This document shows positions 1-7,566 of a stretch of DNA of 52,637 nt, one piece after another. Every line of letters begins with the position of its first letter. Position 1 is the first letter of the stretch. The DNA comes from a virus (Duplodnaviria > Caudoviricetes), in IMG/VR virus record IMGVR_UViG_3300043432_000046, positions 1-52,637 of that record; one strand, written 5' to 3'. The position numbers and the translations under genes are program-made. The notes below the pieces were generated by a model. It searched no databases. It was not told the DNA's origin and saw only the letters and a list, made by a program, of their open reading frames with translations.

Positions 1-121
1 TGATTGCGGCGGTCGTCACTTCGTCGATCTTGTTTGAGCCGCTCATGTTGGTGATGTCCATCGCAATCTCAGTGCCCCAAGTGTTATTAATTGTGTCAGC
101 CGAGGCACGGCAAGCCATCGC
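1..121. repeat. Terminal direct repeat, copy 1 (probable assembly overlap of a circular or permuted genome)
   Basis: 1-121 matches 52517-52637 except position 22 (c) vs 52538 (t); a reading frame continues across the join. Confidence 0.95.
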
Positions 122-1771
122 AACGTCAGCATTCAAGGCGTTCGTGTCGGCAGCAGTCTGAATAAAACTGCCCATGAGGGTAACGGTCCCGCCATCCCAT
201 GAGTCGGGCATTTCGGCTTCGCCGTAAATTGTCGAAGCGTCGTTGTCGGCGCAAATAATCGTCCACCGTTTCGAGCCGGAATTGATCGTTACTTCAGCAG
301 GAGCGGCGCATTGAGTGCCGTCCGTGGAGAGCGAACCGGCAGGGAAATAGACGGATTTAGTCCAGGTATTGACGAAAGTCTCCGTCGAAACGGGCGGCGT
401 TGCGCCATTGCTCGTCCATTTAGAATACCCTGTAACTGCCGCGCCCGCCCAAGTCCGTCCATAAGCCGTAACTGCGGCTGGAGCTTGAAATAAGATCGTA
501 TTTGCCGCCGGATCGCCTGCCGCCGTGCCTTGGCCCCAGGTTTGACAGCCAGCCGTACCTGAGCATTTTGAGGCGTCTGCCCCGCCAGAGGCAACGCCAG
601 TCGTTGCGGTGACGGTCGTGAACGTGCCCGCTGCCGGTGTCCCACCGCCGATAGCTCCGGGTGCGGCCATTGTTGCACCGTTGAGAGAAGAGGCGTTGAG
701 GTTGGCGACGTTGGTCGTGCTGGCAACTATGAAAGGGGCTGTGCCTGTGGCTACGGTGCTGGTAATTTGACCTGTTACGTTGATCGCGCCAACTACGTCT
801 AACGGAACAGTAGGACTTGCTGTTTCGATACCAAGTCGATTGTTCACTTCGTCATAGGCACTTGTACCAAACAGTATTTTGCCTTTAGTCGCGTGACTCG
901 TAGAACCGATAGTAAGTGTGCCGCCAGAAGTTGAGTCGCCAAAGAGTGTAAATCCTGCTGCATTGATATTTCCTACCCACGGCGTTTGTAGTGCAGAACT
1001 GATGCTCGTGCAACCTTCGACGGCTCCGCTGGCGTCTACGCCAAGTGGAAATTGTCCAGCAGTACAGTTCGCACCGTTTGCCGCAAGTGCTGTTGCTGTT
1101 CCTGCGTTACCGGATACGTTACCAGTGACATTACCAGTGATGTTACCGCTGAACGTGCCGGTTGTTGTGCCTGGAAGCGTCGGTGAAGTTGGGATTGAGA
1201 GCGTGACTGTTCCGGTTGCCGCTGATGCTGTAATTTGATTCGCTGTGCCTACAATCGTCGTTGGCAGCGCGGTACACGATTCAGCAGCGCCACTTGCGTC
1301 AACGCCGAGCGGGAATTGTCCTGCACTGCAATTCGCGCCATTGGCAGCAAGGGCCGTCGCGAGCGGTGCGGTGTCTGTGGTTGCAGCAAGTTTTGTCCAA
1401 GTGTTTCCGTCAGTACAGATGTAAGTTTCTGAGCCGCCAGAATTCGTGTCCTGGTGCATTTGGCCTTCGGTACACGTTGCTGGTAACGAAGTTGAGCGCG
1501 TAGCTGGTGAGCTTGAATCAGCAGAACCAGCGTCGAGCGAATCACCAGGCGATGCAGTGAGTACGCTACAATCACTCGTGGCGCAGCCCCATACGGTGTT
1601 GATAGCGCCGCCGCCTGGACCGCCAAGGACTTCACCGTTAGTGACCCATTGGCTGATGATGGTTAGGAGACGTTTACGCTGAACGGCAGTGAACTGTTGG
1701 GCAAACAACGGCGCAGCGAATGAGAGCGCGAGCAGCAATGTAAGGACAGCACTAAAATGTTTTCTTTTCAT
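1..1771 (-). CDS. Signal-peptide-bearing tail fibre/adhesin-like protein, 5' part (about 637 aa in total, continues at 52516..52374)
   Basis: Hand translation from ATG 1771 (GGGGA RBS): MKRKHFSAVLTLLLALSFAAPLFAQ..., G/T/A-rich, fibre-like RLGIETASPTVPLDVVG motif; in frame with MACRAS at 118; absent from ORF track because it runs off the end. Confidence 0.85.
   Translation of the reverse strand, partial: MKRKHFSAVLTLLLALSFAAPLFAQQFTAVQRKRLLTIISQWVTNGEVLGGPGGGAINTVWGCATSDCSVLTASPGDSLDAGSADSSSPATRSTSLPATCTEGQMHQDTNSGGSETYICTDGNTWTKLAATTDTAPLATALAANGANCSAGQFPLGVDASGAAESCTALPTTIVGTANQITASAATGTVTLSIPTSPTLPGTTTGTFSGNITGNVTGNVSGNAGTATALAANGANCTAGQFPLGVDASGAVEGCTSISSALQTPWVGNINAAGFTLFGDSTSGGTLTIGSTSHATKGKILFGTSAYDEVNNRLGIETASPTVPLDVVGAINVTGQITSTVATGTAPFIVASTTNVANLNASSLNGATMAAPGAIGGGTPAAGTFTTVTATTGVASGGADASKCSGTAGCQTWGQGTAAGDPAANTILFQAPAAVTAYGRTWAGAAVTGYSKWTSNGATPPVSTETFVNTWTKSVYFPAGSLSTDGTQCAAPAEVTINSGSKRWTIICADNDASTIYGEAEMPDSWDGGTVTLMGSFIQTAADTNALNADVAMACRASADTINNTWGTEIAMDITNMSGSNKIDEVTTAAI
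1007..1360 (-). repeat. Internal 30-aa duplication ATALAANGANC(S/T)AGQFPLGVDASGA(A/V)E(S/G)CT
   Basis: Copies at ~1272-1360 and ~1007-1096; protein nearly identical, codons diverged. Confidence 0.9.
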
Positions 1772-2078
1772 CTGTGTATTCCCCGATAAAAACAACGCCT
1801 GCAACGTCGGAGAAACCTTGAAGCGTTTCGCCTGCGGCCATTGGAATGTCAACCTTATGAGGCTCGAAGTCGTTCGCGCCGAGCGGCAGAGCGCCCAGTA
1901 GGTAGTTGCTGTTGCCTGCTGTACTGCCGACCGGAACGAGATTCAACGTAACTGCTCGCGTCGCAGCGGTACGGTTGGTCAGCGAAAAGAACGTAAGACG
2001 AATTGGACGGTTCGCCGTGAAGATCGTCGCGTTCGTTGTGTCCAGTTGAACTGGACCGATGCGTTCTGGAAATGGCAT
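1752..2078 (-). CDS. Small beta-rich virion-associated hypothetical protein
   Basis: 108 aa ORF with GAGG RBS in the late operon. Confidence 0.7.
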   Translation of the reverse strand: MPFPERIGPVQLDTTNATIFTANRPIRLTFFSLTNRTAATRAVTLNLVPVGSTAGNSNYLLGALPLGANDFEPHKVDIPMAAGETLQGFSDVAGVVFIGEYTDEKKTF

Positions 2079-2092
2079 AGAAGCCTCACAGT

Positions 2093-2377
2093 CTATTTGA
2101 AGTAGATGTAAACTTTGCCGCTTGCGAGCGTGGGTACAGCAAGTCCAGCAGCGAACAGCGTGTGAATCTCGTGTGTCTGTTCGTCAACGTGGTTTGCGCC
2201 TGCCGCGAAAGACGAGAACAGGATTGCTGTACCAGCAGCGTTCGTAATTTTGCACTCGTGGCCTGCGGTCGTGCCACCAACCCAACGAAACTTTGCGACA
2301 CGAACAGCATCAGACGTAATTGGAGTAGCTGATGCTGTATCGACTACCCAAGGGTTTTGTGTAAGGTCGTTGGACAT
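2093..2377 (-). CDS. Small beta-rich virion-associated hypothetical protein
   Basis: 94 aa ORF with AGGAG RBS. Confidence 0.75.
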   Translation of the reverse strand: MSNDLTQNPWVVDTASATPITSDAVRVAKFRWVGGTTAGHECKITNAAGTAILFSSFAAGANHVDEQTHEIHTLFAAGLAVPTLASGKVYIYFK

Positions 2378-2387
2378 GAAAGTTCTC

Positions 2388-2519
2388 CTATCCTGTGTAA
2401 GTTCGTGACCAGTGCCAGACGTTACGACGTACTATGACTGCTGCACCGCCGCCGCCTTCGATTTCCCAAATGTCCGCCCAAATATCGCCCCAAATATCTG
2501 CCCAGTTTGCTAAAGCCAT
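2388..2519 (-). CDS. 43-aa Trp-repeat microprotein
   Basis: Hand translation MALANWADIWGDIWADIWEIEGGGGAAVIVRRNVWHWSRTYTG; fills the gap between two late genes. Confidence 0.7.
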   Translation of the reverse strand: MALANWADIWGDIWADIWEIEGGGGAAVIVRRNVWHWSRTYTG

Positions 2520-2521
2520 CG

Positions 2522-3583
2522 TTACACCACGTCAAATTTATCTCCGGCGCTGCCATCGCCTGTTATTGCCACGTCGTTTATCCGTTGCACATTAGCGTCA
2601 ACGGTTCCCGCCACTGTGGACACAAGCAAGTCTGTTTTGGCTTTAACTAGCGCAACCTGAGCAAGCACGGCATCGTCGGCGGTTGCCAATTCGTTTGTCA
2701 ATTCGGTATGAGTTGGACCATCATAATCGGCCAATGCCGCATCCACTTCAGTATTTACTTCAGCCGCGCTCAAGTCATTTAAGCCAGCAATGGCTGCGAG
2801 CACCGCATCATCAGCCGTGCCAAGAGCCGTAGCAAGTTCGGCGTTTGTCGGTAGATCGTCCACGCTCGCCTGTGTTGCTAAGGCCGTCAGTCCTGCCCCA
2901 GCCGTGCCGATTTCAGCCGTGTCTGTTTCAATGTCTGTTTCCTTGTCGCGTATCGCTTCAAGCGAATCAGTCGTATTGACGAACGACGCGAAGGACGGTG
3001 TTGCAGACTTGGAAGCGAGCCGCGCGACGATGGAACTATCCACGGCGTCACCAGCTACAGCTGCGACCTTGAGCAAGTGATCTAAGTTCTCGGCTACGAG
3101 TGCAGCGTCAGCAGCAGTCTGGACTGAGGTTTTCATGGTTGAGGTCAAATCACCATTCGTTGGCGCATTGGTTAAATTCGTGACCGTTGTTATCGTGCCT
3201 CCGGTGATATTTGTGGCCGTTGCTAAAGCTACCGTGCCAAAAAGCGCATCATAAACCGCCTCATCCAACACGGTGAACTGCTTGTGTACCGGCAAGTAGG
3301 TTGCAGCTTTGGCAAACAACACATCCAATGTACCTATAGTATTTGTGTCGGTTGGATCGAGCGTCACTTTCATCATGCCATAAGCATCGGCCACCGACGC
3401 CGTAACGCTTGCATGTCGGATTGCAGCAGCAGCACCGGCCTTGCTTAGAAAAATTCCTGTACTAGCGTGGTCAATATCCGTGATTGTTGTTGCATCCGTC
3501 TTAAGCGTTACGCCATCGGTCTTATCTACGAATGGACCGAACATGATCGTTGCCGCCGTGCTTTGTCTAAGAAATTGCGCCAT
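2522..3583 (-). CDS. Putative tail/fibre scaffold structural protein
   Basis: 353 aa, A/T/D-rich, no Cys, internal repeat PTxxELxxxLxTADDAVLA twice. Confidence 0.7.
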   Translation of the reverse strand: MAQFLRQSTAATIMFGPFVDKTDGVTLKTDATTITDIDHASTGIFLSKAGAAAAIRHASVTASVADAYGMMKVTLDPTDTNTIGTLDVLFAKAATYLPVHKQFTVLDEAVYDALFGTVALATATNITGGTITTVTNLTNAPTNGDLTSTMKTSVQTAADAALVAENLDHLLKVAAVAGDAVDSSIVARLASKSATPSFASFVNTTDSLEAIRDKETDIETDTAEIGTAGAGLTALATQASVDDLPTNAELATALGTADDAVLAAIAGLNDLSAAEVNTEVDAALADYDGPTHTELTNELATADDAVLAQVALVKAKTDLLVSTVAGTVDANVQRINDVAITGDGSAGDKFDVV

Positions 3584-4338
3584 TAGGTTGCCATCATATT
3601 ATAGTGATGCATCGCTAGAGGTATACCAGTAGTAGACAATGCCGCCTCTTCGAACGCCAAAAACACATTTGCGCTTGTCGGACTATCTCCTGTCGTTGGG
3701 TCGCTCGTGTCTCCCGTACCTGTCAAGATACGAAATTCGCCCACTGCTTCACGGCTGGCGGCTCCCCCGCCGGTATCGGCAGTTGCTACAGTTAAAGCCG
3801 TATGACTAGCGGTAGGCGTATATGTTCCGGCGCGTGCGTTCTTTCCACTTCCCCTAAAAAACAAGTATTGTTTGCTGGCTAGACTGCTGATCGCCTGCGA
3901 CGGTAAATCACCGGCATCGGTGCCAACATCGGTTGCATTCGCAATCAACGATAAAGTATTCCCTGCTCCTACAGTGAATCTATGCAGAGTCGCGGCCCGC
4001 GCGTCATGAACACTTGCAGCTAAATTGACGGTGATTGTACTGCCAGTTGTAAGCTGAGTGGTAATATTGGACTTCCAGATAGATACGACAACTTGAGATG
4101 CCGATGAATCTCCGTTGTTGTTGTATTCGCGTTGTTTAGCCCAAGTATTGCTGCCAGTATCCGTGACGCTTGAAACGCTGCTGGAATTACCGTCCGAATT
4201 GTCGTCGCTGTCCGCAGCATAAACAAGAAAAAGCTCTTCGCCGACCGCTATTGTGCCAGAAGGCGTGACGGCTAGAGATGAACCATTTGCCCCGGTATTA
4301 TTGCCGGTGCCTATGTTTGTGCCTGCTCCGATTGCCAT
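3583..4338 (-). CDS. S/T/G-rich beta-sandwich virion accessory protein without signal peptide
   Basis: 251 aa; pattern resembles 45410..46159 and 51446..52372; short C-terminal tail. Confidence 0.7.
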   Translation of the reverse strand: MAIGAGTNIGTGNNTGANGSSLAVTPSGTIAVGEELFLVYAADSDDNSDGNSSSVSSVTDTGSNTWAKQREYNNNGDSSASQVVVSIWKSNITTQLTTGSTITVNLAASVHDARAATLHRFTVGAGNTLSLIANATDVGTDAGDLPSQAISSLASKQYLFFRGSGKNARAGTYTPTASHTALTVATADTGGGAASREAVGEFRILTGTGDTSDPTTGDSPTSANVFLAFEEAALSTTGIPLAMHHYNMMAT

Positions 4339-4432
4339 AAATCATTCTATGTAATTCTGAGTCACCTCTGTTTTGTGCAAACATCAGTCTGCCTTATGGC
4401 TTGTGCAGATGCCGGACATTTAGCCTAATCAA

Positions 4433-4903
4433 TCACTGTAACGCAGCAGTAGCTCGACTGATTCGTGCCTGGATTTCAGTGAGCGCAGCTTTTTGACTGT
4501 CGAGTGTTGCTTTAAGGCCAGTGATTTCGTCATTCAACGCAGTACGTTGAGCAGCCAAGTCGGAAAGTTCTTTTGTGCTTACCGCGATTGCGTTAGCAGC
4601 TTTTGCTCTGTATGCGTTCAGGTCTGCTTCGGCTTGTTTCGCAGCGGCAGCACCAGCGTTACGTGCAGTAAGATGTTCTTCGTTGAGTTTCTCGATGATG
4701 GCACCGTAACTCGTGATGTCGGCCTTTCTGGTTGCAATAACTGCGTCCAATTCCGCGATGTCTTTCTGGCGTTTTGCAACTTCGTCGTCAGACGACGCAA
4801 GAAAAACTTCGGCTTCCTTGGCTTTTTCAAGCGTTTCTTTGAGTACGCCAAAACGCGAGATAAAGTTGTGTATCTCGCGCCAGGCTTCTTCGTATTGTGA
4901 CAT
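4433..4903 (-). CDS. Coiled-coil protein
   Basis: Heptad-rich; ATG 4903 follows GGAGG. Confidence 0.75.
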   Translation of the reverse strand: MSQYEEAWREIHNFISRFGVLKETLEKAKEAEVFLASSDDEVAKRQKDIAELDAVIATRKADITSYGAIIEKLNEEHLTARNAGAAAAKQAEADLNAYRAKAANAIAVSTKELSDLAAQRTALNDEITGLKATLDSQKAALTEIQARISRATAALQ

Positions 4904-4905
4904 TA

Positions 4906-5160
4906 TCAACCTCCGAGGGAACTAACACGAACAGGAAAGCCGTCCGTGGACTGAACTTCAAGCTGATTTGAGGAAATTTTCTCGACTCGTTCGAGGACAG
5001 CGATGCGTTGAGCGTCGGTGAGCACGGTTAGGATGGCCGCGACCCAAAATTCGAGCGGTGCGCGGGTCAGGACGCCGTTTGGTTGGGCAAAAGTGAATTC
5101 TGCGGCTGCAAAGCCAGACGTTTTGAAGGGATTTTCTGGCAGGTTGTTCTCGGCGCTCAC
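4906..5160 (-). CDS. Hypothetical protein
   Basis: 84 aa ORF coupled to the upstream gene. Confidence 0.65.
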   Translation of the reverse strand: MSAENNLPENPFKTSGFAAAEFTFAQPNGVLTRAPLEFWVAAILTVLTDAQRIAVLERVEKISSNQLEVQSTDGFPVRVSSLGG

Positions 5161-5360
5161 GATGACCTCACTTTGCGCATCATGGACGCACGATGACGGC
5201 CTTTACCTGCCATTGCGGCCATTTTCGCAGCACCATATTTCTTTCTACCGACCATTGCTGCAACTGCTGCTGGATTTTCCGCACCGCCTCGTGCTGCAGC
5301 TGCTTTTACTTTGGCGAAGCGACCACCACCGCCGAGTTTCATCGACTTTTTTGCCATCAT
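5157..5360 (-). CDS. Small basic K/R/G/A-rich protein
   Basis: MAKKSMKLGGGGRFAKVK...; translationally coupled. Confidence 0.75.
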   Translation of the reverse strand: MMAKKSMKLGGGGRFAKVKAAAARGGAENPAAVAAMVGRKKYGAAKMAAMAGKGRHRASMMRKVRSS

Positions 5361-5602
5361 GTCACCTTGTAGCCACGCATTTTCATGCCCGGTTTAGCTT
5401 TGCGTGCGCTGGAATAGTTTACGGAGCCGCGTTTGCGGCCCCGGCGCGTTGGACTCTTGTGAGCGGGCAGACCTTTTGTGGACGTACCAGCGAAGTCGCT
5501 GAGTTGTTGTTCGCTCATGCCAGTTTGAGTTTTCTTTCCGGCACGTTTGCGAGCTAATTCCGCGCCCATGAAGCCCTGTTGGGCTTTACTTACGCTCGGC
5601 AT
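5357..5602 (-). CDS. DUF3008-like small basic protein
   Basis: MPSVSKAQQ...MSEQQLSDFA...KGLPAH matches the remembered DUF3008 pattern. Confidence 0.7.
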   Translation of the reverse strand: MPSVSKAQQGFMGAELARKRAGKKTQTGMSEQQLSDFAGTSTKGLPAHKSPTRRGRKRGSVNYSSARKAKPGMKMRGYKVT

Positions 5603-5614
5603 GGTAGCCTTCGG

Positions 5615-5776
5615 CTACGAATTGCCTTTGGTCGCGCGAAAAATGCCGCCGCCCTTGACCGGGTTAGCCTTCGGTGACTTCGTTGGACCGGGAAGTTCCT
5701 TTGCGCGACCGCCAGAACGTCCACCAGACTGATTATTCGACTCCTTCAGTGGGACTTTGCCTACAGGTTGTGCCAT
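5615..5776 (-). CDS. 53-aa basic G/K/P-rich peptide
   Basis: Hand translation MAQPVGKVPLKESNNQSGGRSGG...; GGAGG RBS; directly downstream of a consensus promoter. Confidence 0.75.
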   Translation of the reverse strand: MAQPVGKVPLKESNNQSGGRSGGRAKELPGPTKSPKANPVKGGGIFRATKGNS

Positions 5777-5818
5777 GACGTACCTCCGTTTAGGTTAGTG
5801 AACAACGATTTGGGTATG

Positions 5819-5846
5819 ATTATATGCAGAACGGGCGTTTTGTCAA
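5819..5846 (-). promoter_or_regulatory. sigma70-type promoter TTGACA-N16-TATAAT
   Basis: Both hexamers perfect; upstream of the 5776 start. Confidence 0.75.
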
Positions 5847-6481
5847 GAAGAATTTCGCGTCGGTTGAAGCTGAAGCTCTGCGATGCGCTGGCGAATTAAG
5901 TGAGGCGGTGTTCCACTGTCTCGCAGGTACTTCGCAAGCGCCTCAGCACGCTCGTTACGAACGACACGCGGAGCGCGTTTCGGTGCGAGCGTGACGGCGG
6001 ACGCCAGCGCATCAATCAAGTCCACGGTCGGTGACATCGGGAACGTCGAAAGCTCGGCCTTCAGTTCGAGTTGGTTGTCCTGCACGAACAAGCGGCCCTC
6101 TGCAATCACCGGCTGCAACGTCGTACGGATGCGCCAACGCTTATCGACCTTCGTGGACTGAGGTACAGGCACAAACGGAATGCGCTTTTTCATCGCACGC
6201 GCCTCGCGTGCCAGCATGTCACCAAACAACGTCTGCATGGCATTCGCTTCGACACCGAACATCTTCGGCTTGAAGTCGTCGTTCGTCTTGTAGATGCGCT
6301 CGACGTAACGATCAGTGGGGCAGCGTTCGGCCCATGCGAGCAGAACAAAAATGTGGCACATGTCGTCAATGCCGATGACGATGATGGACGAGCGAGCGGA
6401 CGTACGCTTCAGTTTTGACGAAGACGACTTGCCGCCTGCCGGATCGGTGAAGGCGACTTTGATGAGGTCGTTTGCGTTCAT
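5843..6481 (-). CDS. terL: Terminase large subunit, stand-alone C-terminal RNase H-like nuclease domain
   Basis: AFTDPA, FGVEANAMQ, KRWRI..LQPVIAEGRL, ELSTFP...DLIDALA motifs typical of Terminase_6C. Confidence 0.85.
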   Translation of the reverse strand: MNANDLIKVAFTDPAGGKSSSSKLKRTSARSSIIVIGIDDMCHIFVLLAWAERCPTDRYVERIYKTNDDFKPKMFGVEANAMQTLFGDMLAREARAMKKRIPFVPVPQSTKVDKRWRIRTTLQPVIAEGRLFVQDNQLELKAELSTFPMSPTVDLIDALASAVTLAPKRAPRVVRNERAEALAKYLRDSGTPPHLIRQRIAELQLQPTRNSS

Positions 6482-6846
6482 TGTCCTAACCCCGCTCGCT
6501 TTGCCTGTTCACTGTGCAACCACTCTGCATACTGCGAAGCGTTCGCAGGCGTGTCAAAGACTCCAAGGTGCTCACCTGTTTTGTGGTAATGTGCGATTGC
6601 TTCTGCTGGTTTGAGTTTCTTGCCGTTGATTACTTGTGGGATCAAAACGCTCTTGCCGTCTTCTTCAAATGACATGCTTAGTGTAGTGCTCACGCTGCCG
6701 TCTGGATTCTTCAACACAGGACGGTCGTATAAGTTCTTTATTGTCCCTGGCACCAGAAGTCCTGAAGGCGTTACCGGCTTCTGCTGCTGCGGCATCTGAC
6801 CGAACACTTTGAGCAGTTCACTAAGTACGCTAACTATGTCAGCCAT
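6478..6846 (-). CDS. Small protein with a domain resembling podovirus ejection/DNA-transfer proteins
   Basis: RPVLKNPDGSVST..SMSFEEDGK.VLIP...EAIAHY.KTGEHLGVFDTP..A..YA..LH pattern, recalled from phage internal virion proteins. Confidence 0.6.
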   Translation of the reverse strand: MADIVSVLSELLKVFGQMPQQQKPVTPSGLLVPGTIKNLYDRPVLKNPDGSVSTTLSMSFEEDGKSVLIPQVINGKKLKPAEAIAHYHKTGEHLGVFDTPANASQYAEWLHSEQAKRAGLGQ

Positions 6847-7097
6847 TACTGTCCTTGCAAGAACCCGCTCTGCTCAAGCCAGTTCGTATACTTCGGGTAC
6901 AGTTCATGCGTCGGACCTTCGAGCTTGAACGACTGCTTCCACTGCTCGAATGGCATGAAGCCGCCTTGCGCAGCAGGTTGCTGTTTCGGCTGCTCGAAGA
7001 TACCCATAAGCGCCTTGAGCATTGAGTCGTTACCCTGCTGCGGAGGCTGCGCAACAGCGCCAGTTTTTGAAGGCGTGTTGTCGGCGTCCATCAGCAT
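6846..7097 (-). CDS. Q/P-rich hypothetical protein
   Basis: 83 aa, coupled to neighbours. Confidence 0.6.
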   Translation of the reverse strand: MLMDADNTPSKTGAVAQPPQQGNDSMLKALMGIFEQPKQQPAAQGGFMPFEQWKQSFKLEGPTHELYPKYTNWLEQSGFLQGQ

Positions 7098-7276
7098 CGT
7101 CCTTCAGCGTGACTTCCAATCGCTGCGTGCAGCGCAGCGCCGACAACGAAGGCCGTCCATGCGGATTCGCCGTTGACTTGTACCGAATCAAACAACGCCA
7201 TGATCTCGTTCGCGGACACGTCGGTTATGAAGTCCGCGCCGTCGTCGCGTTCGGTGATCTGGAAGGAAGTTGTCAT
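7091..7276 (-). CDS. Hypothetical protein
   Basis: 61 aa, ATGA overlap with the upstream gene. Confidence 0.55.
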   Translation of the reverse strand: MTTSFQITERDDGADFITDVSANEIMALFDSVQVNGESAWTAFVVGAALHAAIGSHAEGRC

Positions 7277-7557
7277 GCAGCTTTGCGTTTCGTAGGGTAG
7301 AATTTCAACTGCGGCTCAGTAATTGGAAAAGGTTCACTAGCTTGCTTGCATAGCTTGATGAACTTTCGTTCTGTGTAATTCGGCCTGCCAAACGTGATGA
7401 CATATGTTTCGCTGTCGTAGCTTTTATGAAGTGGAAATTGCCTCGTAGCCTTCACAGTTTCTTTTGGGCTGATGTACTGCGTAGCCCGAAACACGTTTCG
7501 ATCACGTAGTAACTCTGCTACGCACCGTTCGATTGCGATTTGTCTGTTCATTTTCAT
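7273..7557 (-). CDS. Hypothetical protein
   Basis: 94 aa, AAGGAG RBS. Confidence 0.7.
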   Translation of the reverse strand: MKMNRQIAIERCVAELLRDRNVFRATQYISPKETVKATRQFPLHKSYDSETYVITFGRPNYTERKFIKLCKQASEPFPITEPQLKFYPTKRKAA

Positions 7558-7566
7558 CTTTCCTCC

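Noticed and set aside
1-121. Diversity-generating retroelement TR/VR pair or biological terminal repeat
   Set aside because: No reverse transcriptase seen; the repeat lies at contig ends inside one gene and fits an assembly overlap
289-1901. Several short ORF-track entries (e.g. 289..726, 918..1238, 1249..1635)
   Set aside because: Shadow frames of the long - strand gene starting at 1771
6482-7566. Self-splicing intron or intein interrupting terL
   Set aside because: The gap is filled by four coupled ORFs with no endonuclease, obvious intron core or intein motifs; an Infernal scan is still needed
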